From: Catajapyx aquilonaris
Taxonomy: Eukaryota
DNA length: 64,000 nucleotides
Assembly: GCA_000934665.2 (NCBI GenBank)
Contig: JYFJ02001795.1
Location: 1 to 64,000, forward strand
Direction of reading: 5' to 3'
Below the pieces are notes generated by a model, which was given only the letters and a program-made list of their open reading frames with translations, was not told where the DNA came from and searched no databases. Positions 13,819 through 27,345 of this stretch are shown piece by piece. Each line of letters opens with the position of its first letter. Positions within the stretch are counted from its first letter, which is position 1. Made by a program: the position numbers and the translations under genes.

Positions 13819-14499
13819 GTCAACAGGGTACTACATGGACAAACAAACAACCAAACAAAGAAATAAACCGTTTTCTTCGTTTATAGTAATAGAGATCCTC
13901 CAACTACTGTATCCAGGCATTTCAGATGTCTCTTCTCTCTTGTCTCAAGCCTCTTCGCCATCATCCTCTTGCAGGTACTTGATCGGGTTGGGTTGCATAC
14001 CCCTGGTGAGCCATCTCGAGTCGCATCATGCAACAGCCAAACATCGATCCCGATCCAGTTCTGGTGGTTTGGGGGGGGGGTGGAAGGAAAAGAAACGGCG
14101 CCGAATATTTATTGGCGGAGATTGCAGATCGGGAAATGAGTTTCCTTTGGTTTTCTGTCCTCCAGAGCACGTGCAAGACCTAAGATGGCTTTTCCACTTG
14201 GCAGTCCGATTGCCTTCTTTCGTTCTTTTTCTTCTTTTTTTATGGTTACACGGATGAAGGAACCCTCGGCGTGTTTCACCACCAAAACATCGGAATATAA
14301 ATTCAGACCATGAATTCAACGGTGATGAATTATTTGCACTTTTTCCTAGATAATTTGTAGTTTATCTACGAGACATCAATATAGGGCTAGACGAGGTGTC
14401 TAGGGTGAGTACTGATGTCGTACAATTTGTCTCAGTAAGTTTTGGCCACTAACTTTATCCTGGTCTTGAAGAAAGCCTTCGCACAGGTCCCACGGTACA

Positions 14500-14755
14500 T
14501 AGGTGTGTGTATGTGTGAGGGGGTTAGGTTAGGTTAGGTTAGGTTAGGTTAGGTTACCTAACACGGTAAACAGGTATATGTATGTGTGAGGGGGTTAGGT
14601 TAGGTTAGGTTAGGTTAGGTTACCTAACACGGTAAACAGGTATATGTATGTGTGAAGGGGGTTAGGTTTGGTTAGGTTACCTAACACAGTAAAGAGGTGT
14701 CTGTATGTGTGAAGGGGGTTAGGTTGGGTTAAGTAACCTAACCTAACCTAACCCA
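14500..14755 (+). repeat. Interstitial (TTAGG)n arrays embedded in a 60-72-bp minisatellite (4 units)
   Basis: Unit GTATGTGTGAGGGG(GTTAG)nGTTACCTAACACGGTAAACAGG; ends with an inverted CCTAA run. TTAGG is the ancestral arthropod telomeric repeat. Confidence 0.85.
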
Positions 14756-16009
14756 CCATGTACATTTAATGAATCAAACCCAGTAGTAGATTACATTAAA
14801 TACATTTCAAAAGTATATATTGTTGAAACTGTCCATTTGAAACGTTGCTTTGCGTTAGTCTTTGTCCTAACAATGTGTTACCTCATCCGTAATGTCATTT
14901 TGGTGTCGTTCCGGATGGCTGGAAGGGAAGAGGCCTCTTCACCCCCCTTCCAAGCCCTTCCCTCTTCTCCCTAATTAAAAAATATGGGCTGGCGCTGAGT
15001 CCCAAAATCCGGAAGATTATCCGGTGCGGCGAAGAACAGGCGCCGCTGTCCGATCCGGTGACAGCCACTCAGGGAAAAACGCTTCGCGGGCTTCCAACTT
15101 GCTTAGCGGGAACCAACTTTTTGGGCAAAGGGAAGGGATGCTGGAGGTGGAGGAGGGAGAAGAGGTGTCTTTTTAGAGTAAGATTCAATTTGCGAAATGG
15201 GGTCGGGGGTGTTGAGTAGGTGCGACTGAGAGTCTGTCAGGATTAGACAGGTTTTTTTTTGGCCGAGTAGAATGGAAGTGCCATCTACATGGTGGATATG
15301 GTACTACGATTCATTCAAACAAATCAAGTGGCTAAATTCAGTTTGGAACACTCTGTATAAAGGAGCTGATTGTTGAGACTAAGGAATGAAACAGTGGGAG
15401 CAAAATGATTTTAGAATAATCCATTGTGCTTATGTAGCTACCAAAACCATAGAGAAACCCAAGTTCCCATAAACAGAGACTCTGATACCATCAACACAGA
15501 TTCGCCAACATTGGCATGTTTATTTACTTTTCGCAGGATTTCATCCCCTGGGAAAGTAGGATCCAGAGTTAGACTAACATGCCTATTATGCAATATAGTA
15601 ACATTTGTTAAAGTAGTGGCTCATGATAAACGACAGATTAATATTATTGTTATTTGCTATCTGATCATAACTTTTAAACTTTATCAGATGATCGATAGTT
15701 GAGCGATACTATCCTTAATTATACATTCCACGATAGTCCTCTGTCCAATTTCGTTACACAGAAGATCGATCCAGCTCTTTTTTGACCCAATACCAGACGA
15801 CGAACAGAATTCTTTTGAGCAATAACGCGCAATTAGTGTCCCTCGAAATCAATAAATGTCAACAAAGTATTCGGCCATCCAATGGCTGAATCTCGATCTC
15901 TGCCGCATACTATTAATCGGATGACCTGTCTATATTTTAAGTTATTTCAGCTAACTATAAGTAAATGTAACAGAGGTAGCCTTGAATAGATGTTACAAAG
16001 GGTTACCCA

Positions 16010-16335
16010 CTTCGGTACTCCGGTGTACACCTGCAATGGTACTCTTTGGTACTCCTTGGTACTCCTTGGTACTCCTTGATACTCCTTGATACTCCTTGAA
16101 TTTGTTACTCCAGTGTACACGTTACAGTCGAGTGGTTAACCACTTGAGATGTACTAAGGGGTTGTTATGAAGCCTCTAGTGGAGGTTACTGAAGGTTGTT
16201 ATGAAGCCTCTAGTAGAGGTTACTAAAGGTTGTTATGAAACCACCAGTAGAGGCTACTAAAGGTTGTTATGAACCCTCTAGTAGAGGCTACTAAAGGTTG
16301 TTATGAAACCTCAAGAAAAGGGTTACTAAGATGTA
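16010..16335 (+). repeat. 10-bp (GTACTCCTTG)n array followed by a 34-bp tandem AGGTTGTTATGAAGCCTCTAGTAGAGGTTACTAA (about 5 copies)
   Basis: Periods visible at 16040-16098 and at 16159/16193/16227. Confidence 0.85.
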
Positions 16336-16984
16336 TTGAAACTTCTAATACAGGTTATACTAAGAGATCGTTTTTAACCCTCTATTAGATAATACTTTGT
16401 TATAGAAACCTCTCTTAAAAGTTACCTGGCTAAGAGCATAATTCCAATTCCATCCAACTTGCAAGGATTTGTCCCACGTTGGGCGCCATTTGTGCCGTTC
16501 CGCTTTTGCCTGGACACGACGCTATAAAATATGGAATAGTCGTAGACACACGACACCAGGAGGGGGAGACAATGTCCTGGACTTTTCCCCTCCCTGCCTC
16601 TCCCTCAGCTTCTGTCCTGCTTCCTCGGACATAAAAGCCTCTGGAGGCAGGGGGTCCAGATGCCTCCGAATAATCCTCTGGAATAAGGTATAACCGGAGA
16701 TCTACAACACCTGACGCCACCAATCGCGGTTCCGGCTCGTGGCTTGTCTCTTCTCTTTCCAGCAAGTTGCTGGAGAGAGAGGAGATGGGAGGAAGGGGGA
16801 AGGAAATGGCTGGTTTCCGAGGCGGTGTCAATGGCGAAGGGGGATTTCAGGGGCTGGAGATGAAATTAGCCCAACTGCGTTTTGTCATAGCGTAGAAAGC
16901 CCTAGGATAATAAGCAATAAGTTTGTAAGCAGGGAAAATTACTTGTGAGGAGAAAAATGGCAGCCATTTTGAATGTGGCTATCA

Positions 16985-17595
16985 ATAAAGATTAGCAGTA
17001 CAATATTAAAATGAGAAAATGAACATAAATGAATGTAATAATTAACAATTAAAATAACAATATAAATAAATGGATGGATAAAGGATTGAAACGATGAAAC
17101 TAATAATTAAAATTTACATTTAATTAATTCATTAATTATAAGCCTAAATTAATAAATGATTGAAAAGATTAGTATAATAAGCATTTCAATAAATAAATGT
17201 ATAAATAAAATTAAATGTATGAATTAATAAATGAATATACACAAATACTCGTAAGTTATATAAATGCAAAATATTAAAATATATGTACACCAATACGCTA
17301 AAATATAATACACGAAAGTCAACAAACATCAAATTTCATGAAAATAAAGCAATTGATAAATATTGTGAAAAATATTTAAGGAATTAAAATTCCTGGAAAT
17401 AAATACAATAAATTGAAAATAAATAGATATTAGATAATAAATGAATCAACGAATGAAGAAATGAATTAATAAACAAACAGGCAAACAAATAAATAACGAA
17501 TGAACGAACGAACGAACGCATGAGCGAACGAACGAACGAACGAACGAACGAACGAACGAATAAATTAATAATATAATCAATTAATTAATAAAAGC
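16985..17595. repeat. A-rich low-complexity tract with an (ACGA)n microsatellite at 17496-17560
   Basis: Directly visible. Confidence 0.8.
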
Positions 17596-19849
17596 ACATA
17601 GCATACGTATCTGATTTTGATGCTTCAATAATGTTTCATATAGTTGTCCGAAACTTTTTTCTCATAAAAATGAAATATCAGCCACATTTTTTCTCTCTCT
17701 AGTCAGGTGAGATACGTTGGTTTGACACAACCTATGACCCCGACCATGTTCAATCAGCCCGGCTTTTTTATCCCTAGAGCAATAAACTAGTGGGCTATCG
17801 ATTTGGAAGGATGCGGATTTTTTGGCTACCCCCCCCCCCTCTCCCCTTCAGGCTGCGGTCATTTTTTATTATTCCACAAATACCATGCAAATGGCGGCCT
17901 GACCCAAAAAAACTGCTGGTAAAAGTAGTGGCTGCTGACATGAAATCAGGCTCAATATCAGGCCCGACTTGTACTCACGTCCCATGTAATTGGATTCTGT
18001 AAGCTGTCATGACAGGGACCTAGAAATATTGGTATTGAATGTCCAGCAACAATGTTTTGTGTTGAGGACAAGAATTCCCCAGGTGATTTTTGCTTAAAAA
18101 TATCTCAACTTATGTATACGCTACTTTACCTTATTTTTTAAGCAAAAAAAGGGGGAAGTAGGGATAAACTTTTGTCAAGTCTTTCATCTTGGATTGCATA
18201 ATGAATCAAGGTTTTTAGCAACACATATTTCGAACTGTTTGTTTTCTAAAAAAAAATTCATGGGGCCCACTTTAATCCAGGTTTTTTCTTCACAACCGAA
18301 AAATTCTCTTCACCTCGTTAAGCATGCATAAAGACAAAGAAAAAAAAATCCGCTAGCCTAGCTTTAGGAATACAGATAGAAAAAAAAAGCGAGAAAAAGA
18401 AGCGGGGAGAAAAAAAGTTAACTACTTTTACACCGAGTGGCAGATTCAGTTATGCACTGTTGAGCTAATCCCAAAAGAAACTTAATATTTGCGAAATAAT
18501 ACACATGTTAGGAACATAAATTTTTGCAAAAAGAATTTACCCAGCTAATAGTAAAGGTAGAAGGGATACAAAATGGCTGCCAAATTTTATATAAAAAACC
18601 AATTTTTAAAAACTCAGATAATACTAAAGAGAGTGTAGAGTGGATACAAAATGGCTGCCAGTTAAAAAAAATTAATATTTTTAAATCTCAGTTCACAGTA
18701 AAAGTAGAGTGGATAGAAAATGGCTGCCAGTATAGGCCAAAAACTGCACATATAAGTGGGTCAAGTCGAGGTCAAACCTTTAAAAAAAATTCAATATTCG
18801 CCTTCCCCAAATTCCAGGCTCGAATAAAATTCCTACATTTTTTTAACGGGAATTTTGGCCTCCATTTTAAGTCCAATTCGCAAAAAAATATGGTCGGGTC
18901 AATATCACACTGCAGTTTTCTTCATCGCCATTCCTTTTAATCTAGCCTGGAATATGGTGACCAGTCCCTCAGGACTTTCCGAAGCGTAGCAATTCCAAAA
19001 CCCTGGTAATTAACGTTTAATTCCAAGTAAATTGGGTAATTCATACACTCCAATGCGCAACCTTCCCGGACTAGGATTATCCGCAACATAAACGTCGATA
19101 TCTGCTACATAAATGTCGATATTTGGAAGCTGTGTCATCTAATCCTACTATCTAGGAAAAAATAGTGACGGTTCCATGGCTGGCTTCAGATTGTCTCTTT
19201 TATTATTCATAAAGCCCGCCTTTCGAGCTGTGGGTGGGGGAAGGCGGGGAAGGGAAGGGAGGGGAATTGATGTGTCGATAGGTGGTGGTGGATTGGTGTA
19301 AAAGTGTCCACTGACAGCTTTTCACCTCGTCGATCGGCCGCTTAGGACGTGTGATAAGAATTCTTCGGGTTTTTTGGGGGAGAGTTGGAGCCAAAATGGC
19401 GTGGACTGAATTTCAACATGGGAAATGGACAGACACGAAGATATCGGCTGTGGAAACTATTAGGTGTTAAATTCTGATCGTATCGATAGGTATCGATATT
19501 GGCATGTTGTTTAATTTATTTATGGCGTAAGTGGGGCATATCAAATTGTGATGGGGGTTTTATGGAGAGAAAGGACACGGAATGGCGATGATATCGGGTT
19601 GCTATTATCGCGATTGATAAGGACCGTGTGAGGGGATTTAATTATTTGCCGAATGGACGAGCTTTAATACGGTTTGGGTACTAATGACCACAACAATTGA
19701 TTTCGCCATAGGGTATGTGTGTATGGTGTCTGGTAATAGCAGCAGGTAAGTAAAATGCAGTAGAGTCCTAATTGTGAGTTTAGTTAATAGCAGGTTTAAT
19801 AGACGTTTCTGAGAAGCAGAGATAATTACACTGTATTGGTAAGTTTAAC

Positions 19850-20850
19850 ATCTGACTAATCTAATAGCAACTACTAACAGCTACACTAATAGCTACTAAT
19901 ATAATTATAGATAATAATCTGCTAATAATAGCAAGTAATACCTTAATAACTACGACTAACGACTAATCTACTACTAACGACTAATCTACTACTAACTACT
20001 AATCGACTGCTAACTACCACCACCAATAGTAGCTACTAATAGCTACTAATATAATAATTATAGAAATCATCTGCTAATAATAATAGTAATACCTTAATAA
20101 CTACTACTAACTACTAATCTACTGCTAACTCCATACTGCTATTCTACTGCTAACTCCATACTGCTATTCTACTGCTAACTACAGTACTTACTGCTAATCT
20201 ACTGCTAACTACAGTACTTACTTCTAATCAACTGCTAACTACAGTACTTACTGCTATTCTACTGCTAACTACAGTACTTACTGCTAATCAACGGCTAACT
20301 ACAGTACTCACTGCTAATCAACGGCTAACTACAGTACTTACTGCTAATCAACGGCTAACTACAGTACTTACTGCTAATCTACTGCTAACTCCATACTGCT
20401 AATCTACTGCTAACTACAGTACTAACTGCTAATCAACGGCTAACTACAGTACTTACTGCTAATCTACTGCTAACTCCATACTGCTAATCTACTGCTAACT
20501 ACAGTACTAACTGCTAATCAACGGCTAACTACAGTACTTACTGCTAATCAACTGCTAACTACTTACTGCTAACTAACAATCAGCTACTAACTACTAATCT
20601 ACTAATAACTGCTACTAACTACTATTACTATAACTGTTACAAACTACTGATCTACTAATAACTGCTACTAACTACTAATCTACTACAACTGTTACAAACT
20701 ACTAATCTACTAATAACTGCTACGTCGACTACTAATCTACTAATAACTGATACGTCGACTACTAATCTACTAATAACTGCTACGTCGACTACTAATGCTA
20801 TTAATCAGCTATAATAACCAGCTACTAAAATAATACTAATCTACTACTAA
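19850..20850 (+). repeat. CTACT/CTAAC satellite with 30-bp unit CTGCTAATCAACGGCTAACTACAGTACTTA and variants
   Basis: Tandem copies at 20170-20560; the flanks are degenerate. Confidence 0.9.
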
Positions 20851-20857
20851 CCACTAT

Positions 20858-20971
20858 GGGTGGAATTTTCGTCCTACTGATAATTATAGTTACTGCTAAC
20901 TTAGCAGTACCGTTTCCAACACTGGTACTGCTAAGTTAGCAGTAACTATCAGTGGGACGAAAATTCCACCC
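20858..20971. mobile_element. Short palindromic MITE (GGGTGGAATTTTCGTCC...GGACGAAAATTCCACCC), possibly PIF/Harbinger-like
   Basis: Near-perfect inverted arms; flanked by TAT on both sides; second copy at 35267-35370. Confidence 0.8.
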
Positions 20972-21087
20972 TATAGAATAAATGCTTTTACCACTACTAA
21001 CTACTAACCTATTAATAACTGCTACTTCCACTTCTTACTACTAACCTACTAATAATGTCTTCCACTACTAATTTCTATTCTTCTACT

Positions 21088-21453
21088 TGTGGGGAGGCGG
21101 AGTGGTGCTGCGGTAACGTATGCGCCCACGGATGTTAAGGTCCCGGGTTCGATCCCAGCCTGGGGACACCCCCTTCATCTCGTGCAGAGTTCAGGGTCAC
21201 CTCTGGCTTCGTCTCGGGTGGTATTTCCAACAGACTAAACCACCCGGGGGAGTTCACTAAAAATGGCCACGTTTAAGACATTGCACTGCACCTTGCACAT
21301 CCCCTCCTGTCACCCTGCCCGTGGGCCCGGGCGCTACGTCATCAGGTCCAATGTATACTGTATATGAGTAATAATAAAGGTCCGTGCCATATAACTCGTA
21401 AAGAGTTCGTGCACTACCCGGATTATTATTATTATTATATTATTATTATATTA
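21088..21453 (+). mobile_element. tRNA-derived SINE with (ATT)n tail and 12-bp TSD
   Basis: A-box-like TGGTGCTGCGG and B-box GGTTCGATCCC; (ATT)n tail at 21422-21453; perfect TSD TATTCTTCTACT at 21076-21087 and 21454-21465. Confidence 0.9.
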
Positions 21454-22449
21454 TATTCTTCTACTACCAGTACTAGTTTCTGCTAATCAACCTATACCAA
21501 CCATTGTTATATCTGTATCAGGGCTCGTCTGATAGGGTAGCTTGATTTATTAATATGGCGCCATCGGCACCAAATCTCTCCCTAATTTTGATAACCAATT
21601 CCCGCAACTAATACTTCAGTCACTGCCATTCATTGCACCCTGTACATGAACCGGAGCGATATCTGCCAAATATCGGTCCAATATTTCGCAAATAACGGTC
21701 ATCCTCTATTGCGGCCATATTTGCAGAACCCACAAATTAGGGCCAGGTCCTAATATTAATTAATAATTTTGCACTCTAAACCCAGGCCGTCCTCTAATCT
21801 CGGGGTTATAACAATCCCTGTCCAATTGCTGGTCGGGACATGTCCCAAAATTTGAGAGGGTAGGGGGGTTTGGGGACACAAATCTTTCCCAGTAAAACCG
21901 GGTCCCGGACACCACCGCTTGACAGAATGGTCCATCAGAGTCGGTCCGAATGAGAAGTTTATTTCCACTAAACCTCCGAGTGGTGGAGCTGCAGTCGTTT
22001 TAGGAGGGTTCTGGATGAAGATATGGCGGTTTTTGCGGGTTTCCTTCATGTGGAATCCGCTGCAAGAACTTCACATTAATCATGCTATATTTTGGGGCGA
22101 AAAGGGAAGGTGTGTTTGGACGGCTGTGAACTAACAAAAAAAAGTGGGTTAATTATTTTGGGGGCGGGGTATGTAAAGAGCGTTGAAATTAAATTAATCG
22201 TGGCCAGAAATGGCGGGTGATAATAATGCGATGGTCGTGTAGCGAGGGTGGGAATTAATTATTTAAAAATTAATCATCAAACTGTGGCCTAGGGGTGTGC
22301 TTCTACTGGAGTGCGGGAAAGTGATTGGCTGTAAAAACAACGAACAATAAGCAACAAAACGTAGCTGTTATTTAAAATGTTTATTGGAAGTGTTTTTGAT
22401 ATAGGCCTAATTCCGTTACTATGCTAGTGCTTGGTTCTAATTTGTTAAC

Positions 22450-22624
22450 TATAACCACTTTCAGAATGGGACGTGACGTATGATGATGTTTCATAAAGCA
22501 CCAATCAGAGGCATGATGCTCTCTCTGCCGCCAATGAGCTTCAATCATCCCATCTGATCGTGCCTCTGATTGGTGCTCTATGAAACGTCATTATACGTCA
22601 CGTCCCTTTCTGAAAGTGGTTATA
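22450..22624. mobile_element. Palindromic MITE
   Basis: TATAACCACTTTCAGAATGGGACGTGACGTATGATGA...TCATTATACGTCACGTCCCTTTCTGAAAGTGGTTATA; arms about 70 bp. Confidence 0.85.
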
Positions 22625-22869
22625 CTATACACCGTAATAGGTGTTCTGACGCTATATTCTTATAAAGAACTGTGAACATAAGCAGTTTTTCATGAGCTAT
22701 TTTTGAAACTGACAATAACGGTTTTTAGACGTTATTATGTTATGACCAAACAAGATCTGTTCTTAGACGCTATTTTGTTACAGCTCCTAGTAGGAACTTT
22801 TTTTCTTAGAAGTTGCATGCTTATAACTTAGAAGACAAGTTTCACAAGCTATTTGGTATCCCTGTCAAG

Positions 22870-23150
22870 AGTAACTGTTCTTCTTAGACGTTATGTTCTA
22901 ATTGTTAGTAAGAACTGTTCTTCTTAGGCGTTATGTTCCAACTGCTAGTAAGAACTGTTCTTCTTAGACGTTATGTTCTAACTGCTAGTAAGAACTGTTC
23001 TTCTTAGACGTTATGTTCTAACTGCTAGTAAGAACTGTTCTTCTTAGACGTTATGTTCTAACTGCTAGTAAGAACTGTTCTTTTTAGACGCTATGTTCTA
23101 ACTGCTAGTAAAAACTGTTCTTCTTAGACGTTATGTTCTAACTGATAGGA
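22870..23150 (+). repeat. 40-bp minisatellite TTCTTAGACGTTATGTTCTAACTGCTAGTAAGAACTGTTC (about 7 copies; degenerate copies extend 22640-23300)
   Basis: Directly visible tandem array. Confidence 0.9.
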
Positions 23151-24364
23151 ACAAAGGTGTATTCTTAGCATTGTGAACAAAACCTGTTTTATAAGCAATT
23201 TTTGTGTAACAGCTAACAATAACTATTCTTCTTAGACCAAGTCTTAGACGTTGTTATAACTGCCAACAAGAATTATTCTTAGGCGCTATTGTGTCAATAA
23301 CTGTTAATGAAACTGTTATTGTGTCAATAACAGTTACTGTCAACGTGTGGAACCACGCAAGCTGGCAATACCTACAATGTAATGTAAAATGTCTCTTACT
23401 AACATTTAATCTAGTCGAGTAACTGCTATTACACGTTATCCAATATATGTTATTACACATTNACCCCCCCCCCCCCCCCAAAGGACACACCTCCCCATTA
23501 ATTTAGCCTTCCAAATTTCACTCGACTTATTCCCGCTACAATAGAGTCGCATCTTCATTATTTCCACTTTGCTTCCAACATTAATTCCAACTCCTAAACG
23601 AAAAGAAAAAGGGTGGATAAAAGACCACAGGTTTTTTCCCCACTGGGTTTTGCAGCTAGACCCCCGATGGCTGTATTCCAAGGTAAATAATTATTATGCG
23701 GTAATGCAAAAAGGAAAACGCTCGAGTTCCCAAGCAGCAATTAAGCAAGTCAGGAAGCAATTGCGGGAGTTTGTCTGATACTTGCCCAGGCGGCAGCACT
23801 GAGCCACTAGGGGGAAAAGGTGAGTCTATTTTTTTTTCTAACAATGGATTCCCCCCTTGGTGTCTCTCTTGTGTTTAAGTCGCGTCCCTTTCATCTCGAC
23901 TTGTCTGCTATGCGTCGTTGACTCGACTAATTGCCGACTTTGGCAAATCCCGGGGACAACTTTGCCGTTTGTTTGCCAGTACAGCGGCGTAACGGAAGAA
24001 AAGTGGAGGATAGGACGAATGAGGGTTGAGAGGAGGGAGGATAGGGAAGAAACTTTGTTCGGTAATTGGCTGCAGCGATGGATGTATCCGGTTACATTGG
24101 TTCAAAAATGGTGAGGGGGACGAAGAGGGATGAAAAGGTCTGTTGTGGTTTTCGTTTGAAACGTTTTGGTCCGATGAAACGACTCTAGTTAGTACAGCAT
24201 GAACTGGTGCAAATTATGCTTGATAATAATTACTAGAGACAAATTTTAGTCACACAGAATATGTGTGCAATAATATTCTTTATTTTATCAAATACATATT
24301 TTGTCCAAAACTGTATGTCCGACAACATAATTATTATAACGGGACTTGGACAAAATAGAGCATA

Positions 24365-24669
24365 CTAGCTGCGGCACCCGGCGTTGCCCGGGAAGAAATG
24401 AATGAAGGGAAAACACCTGCCAGTACCCCCGTGAACAGTCTGTCTTTCTGTGTGTCCGGCCACCAATGCCATCTGTGGTCCTGCTACTCCCCCTTCAACC
24501 TCTCCCGCCTGTATAACGGCAACCGCCATTTGCCTGCCATCTGTAGTCAACCCCCAACACCTCCATCCTCTCCCGGCCTGGGGGTGGAGCACAGATGGCA
24601 GGCAAATGGTTGGCAGGCGGACAGACAGACAGAGAGACAGACACTCAAAAACGGCTTTATTTATATAGA
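24365..24669 (-). mobile_element. Non-autonomous Helitron
   Basis: On the minus strand it starts TCTATATAAATAAA and ends with the GC hairpin CCCGGGCAACGCCGGG followed by ...CAGCTAG. It sits between host A and T with no TSD, and has an internal (CTGT)n microsatellite. Confidence 0.85.
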
Positions 24670-25384
24670 TTAGACAAATATTCTGTCGGATGTGTGATAA
24701 AACATTTTGTGAACACAAATCGGACATTTTGTGTCCGAACAACTGTCCCGAAGTACTCCAAAATTAACCAAATTAGATCCTAAACCTGTTGAGGACTCCC
24801 AAAGAAGCAATAATCATTCCTCCAATTAGCACTCGAGCAATATCGATGGTCATACTACATACTAAAGCACGATTAGTCCGATTAGGCCGCTGATTGTGAT
24901 CGATTAAATTGTCAATCGTCTAATGAGAAAGTCGATCGTTTGATTGACAACACTTGTGATGAAAAGAATTTTGCTATCAGCTCCGTCAACGTTCCCTTGG
25001 CGAAACATTTTCACATCACGCCCTCTATTATCGTCGGTTAATATTAAGTGCTATTGAAGCTATTGAAAGAGACGGAGCAGGGACGCACAAAAAAAACTGG
25101 GGTTAATTAGTGCGAAATTGCGAGGACCGCCGGTTGACAAACGCAGGTAATTGAAAATACTTGCCGGCAGTTGGCGCTGCTTGCGAGGTGTGATTTTCAC
25201 CAGAAGAAATTAATCTAGTCTGATTCCAGTTTTTTTTTGCAAGGTAAAATCTGCAAGGAATTGCCCTAATTAGAACCTGGCAGAAGGAAATGTTAATGAT
25301 TTTTGAGATAAGAATGAGCAACATTAAAGCTAAATATTTTCTCTGAACCTTAATCGACATAAGCTCTAAAGTTGTACCATTTTT

Positions 25385-25975
25385 ATTATTATGTTACGTA
25401 CCTTGTATTGTTCATTTTACTCATTATTTTTATGCCTTAATTTATCGCTATATCTTTATTCATCATTTTCTCTGTTGCAACCATTATATTTTATTTACTA
25501 CATTTATTTTTGTTTAATTTATTTTGCGATTTAAGTTTATTTATTATTTTACTTATATTACCGGTATGTGTATTATTTTAATTTATTGTTTTTTTCTCTT
25601 ATTGGTTTCATTCATTCATTCATTTATTTTCTTTTTCTTATTTATGTATTTTCATTCATTTATTTATTTATTTTCTTTTTCTTATTTATGTATTTTCATT
25701 CATTTATTTATTTATTTTCTTTTTCTTATTTATGTATTTTCATTTATTTATTTATTTATTTTCTTATTTATGTATTTTCATTTATTTATTTATTTATTTT
25801 CTTATTTATGTATTTTCATTTATTTATTTCTTTCTTTTCTTATTTATGTATTTTCATTTATTTATTTATTTATTTATTTATTTTCTTTTTCTTATTTATG
25901 TATGTTATATCATTTTTATTTTGTAATATTAATTGTAGGCATATTCTATTTTATTTTTATTTTTATATTTATTTT
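25385..25975 (+). repeat. T-rich low-complexity tract with a compound unit TTTTCTTATTTATGTATTTTCATT(TATT)n
   Basis: About 7 variable-length units at 25630-25905; source of the spurious F/I/Y ORFs. Confidence 0.85.
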
Positions 25976-26759
25976 CTACGCCGCCATGTTTGGTCCAGAT
26001 TAATTCAACTCCCTCTGGACTGAACATGGCGAGTTATACATTGCTGTTTGTTGCCTTTAATAGGCTATTACTAGCCTACTTTTAGTTCATAGCTATTGGT
26101 AGAAAGTTCACTCCTAATTTCACGCTACGAGCCAACTTCCACTAGCAACTTTCTAGCAACCTTTGCTCGTACATTTCAATGAACAGCGTTGCAATTGCAC
26201 CTCACCTTCTCCCCCTAGTTTTTCGGGGTCGAGTGTGAGTGACATTCTCGAAGCCGCATCTCGGTCGTCCATGATAACGAATTTGGTAGGGGAAGGCGGG
26301 GGAGGAGAGGGATAGGCAGGTGGGGAGGGGGAAGAGGGAATGGGAAAGTTGTTGGAATGGAATGACGACGGAGATGGCTTCGATTTTGGGCCCGAATTCT
26401 GCCAGAATTACATTAGAATTGAATTTGCTGCTCGGCTGGGATGGGGTTAAAGTGGGGGAGGGAGGGGATAGGGAGGGAAAAGGGGATGGAGTGATGTTGA
26501 GGGTTAGGAGAAGTGGAAACTGAGAGGTGAGTCACAATATGGGCGGGAAAACGATTTGGCTGGGAAAAGGGCGTGTATTCAAACCGGAGATGGCAACCAC
26601 GCCCCTGCATGGTAACACTATGAGGGGAAAAGGGCGTATGCAACAATTGGGACTGCTCATATTATGATTATCCAACTGTTATTGTTGTTGCAAACGCCTT
26701 AATCTAGCAAAATGTGCTGGAAGTGATTTATTGGCGTATATACAACAACCCTTTTAGAG

Positions 26760-27345
26760 AATCGCACATCAAATTGTGACATCGATAATCGCATGAAAAA
26801 TATCGACATTACAAATATTATACCGAAAATATCGATATATCATCTAGATAAAGGACATAAATAATCGAATATCAAATCGGAAACAATCGAAAGCAGAAGG
26901 GATAAAAATCGAATGTGTAATTGAAAATAATCGAATGTATCATTGATAATAGTGGAATGGCATATCATAACGATAGTAATCGAACGTAGAATCGAAAATA
27001 ATCGAACGTAACATCGATAATAATCTAATATCGAACAAATAATAAAAGAATGATATATCAAGACGATAATAATAATCGAATGTAGAGTCCAAAATATTCG
27101 AATGTACATTCGAAAATAATCGAACGTAGAATCGATAATAATATATCGTAGTATCGATAATTATCGAACGTAGAATCGATAATAATATATCGTAGTATCG
27201 ATAATTATCGAACGTAGAATCGATAATAATCGAACGACATATCAAGACAATATAATAATATTGACTATTCTGCTCGATATTCGCTATTACTTCAGCTAAC
27301 GATAGATATTTCTCTACTGAACGATACATCGATACATCGAAATAA
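26760..27345. repeat. ATCGAT/ATCGAA-rich repeat block
   Basis: Repeated ATCGAACGTAGAATCGATAATAAT. Confidence 0.85.

Noticed and set aside
14500..14755. True telomere or chromosome-fusion scar
   Set aside because: The arrays are short, internal and embedded in a minisatellite unit.
21090..21165. Possible tRNA gene
   Set aside because: A and B boxes are present but there is no paired acceptor stem. It continues into a SINE body with a tail and TSD.
25524..26023. 150-159-aa hydrophobic F/I/Y ORFs
   Set aside because: Translation of T-rich low-complexity repeats.
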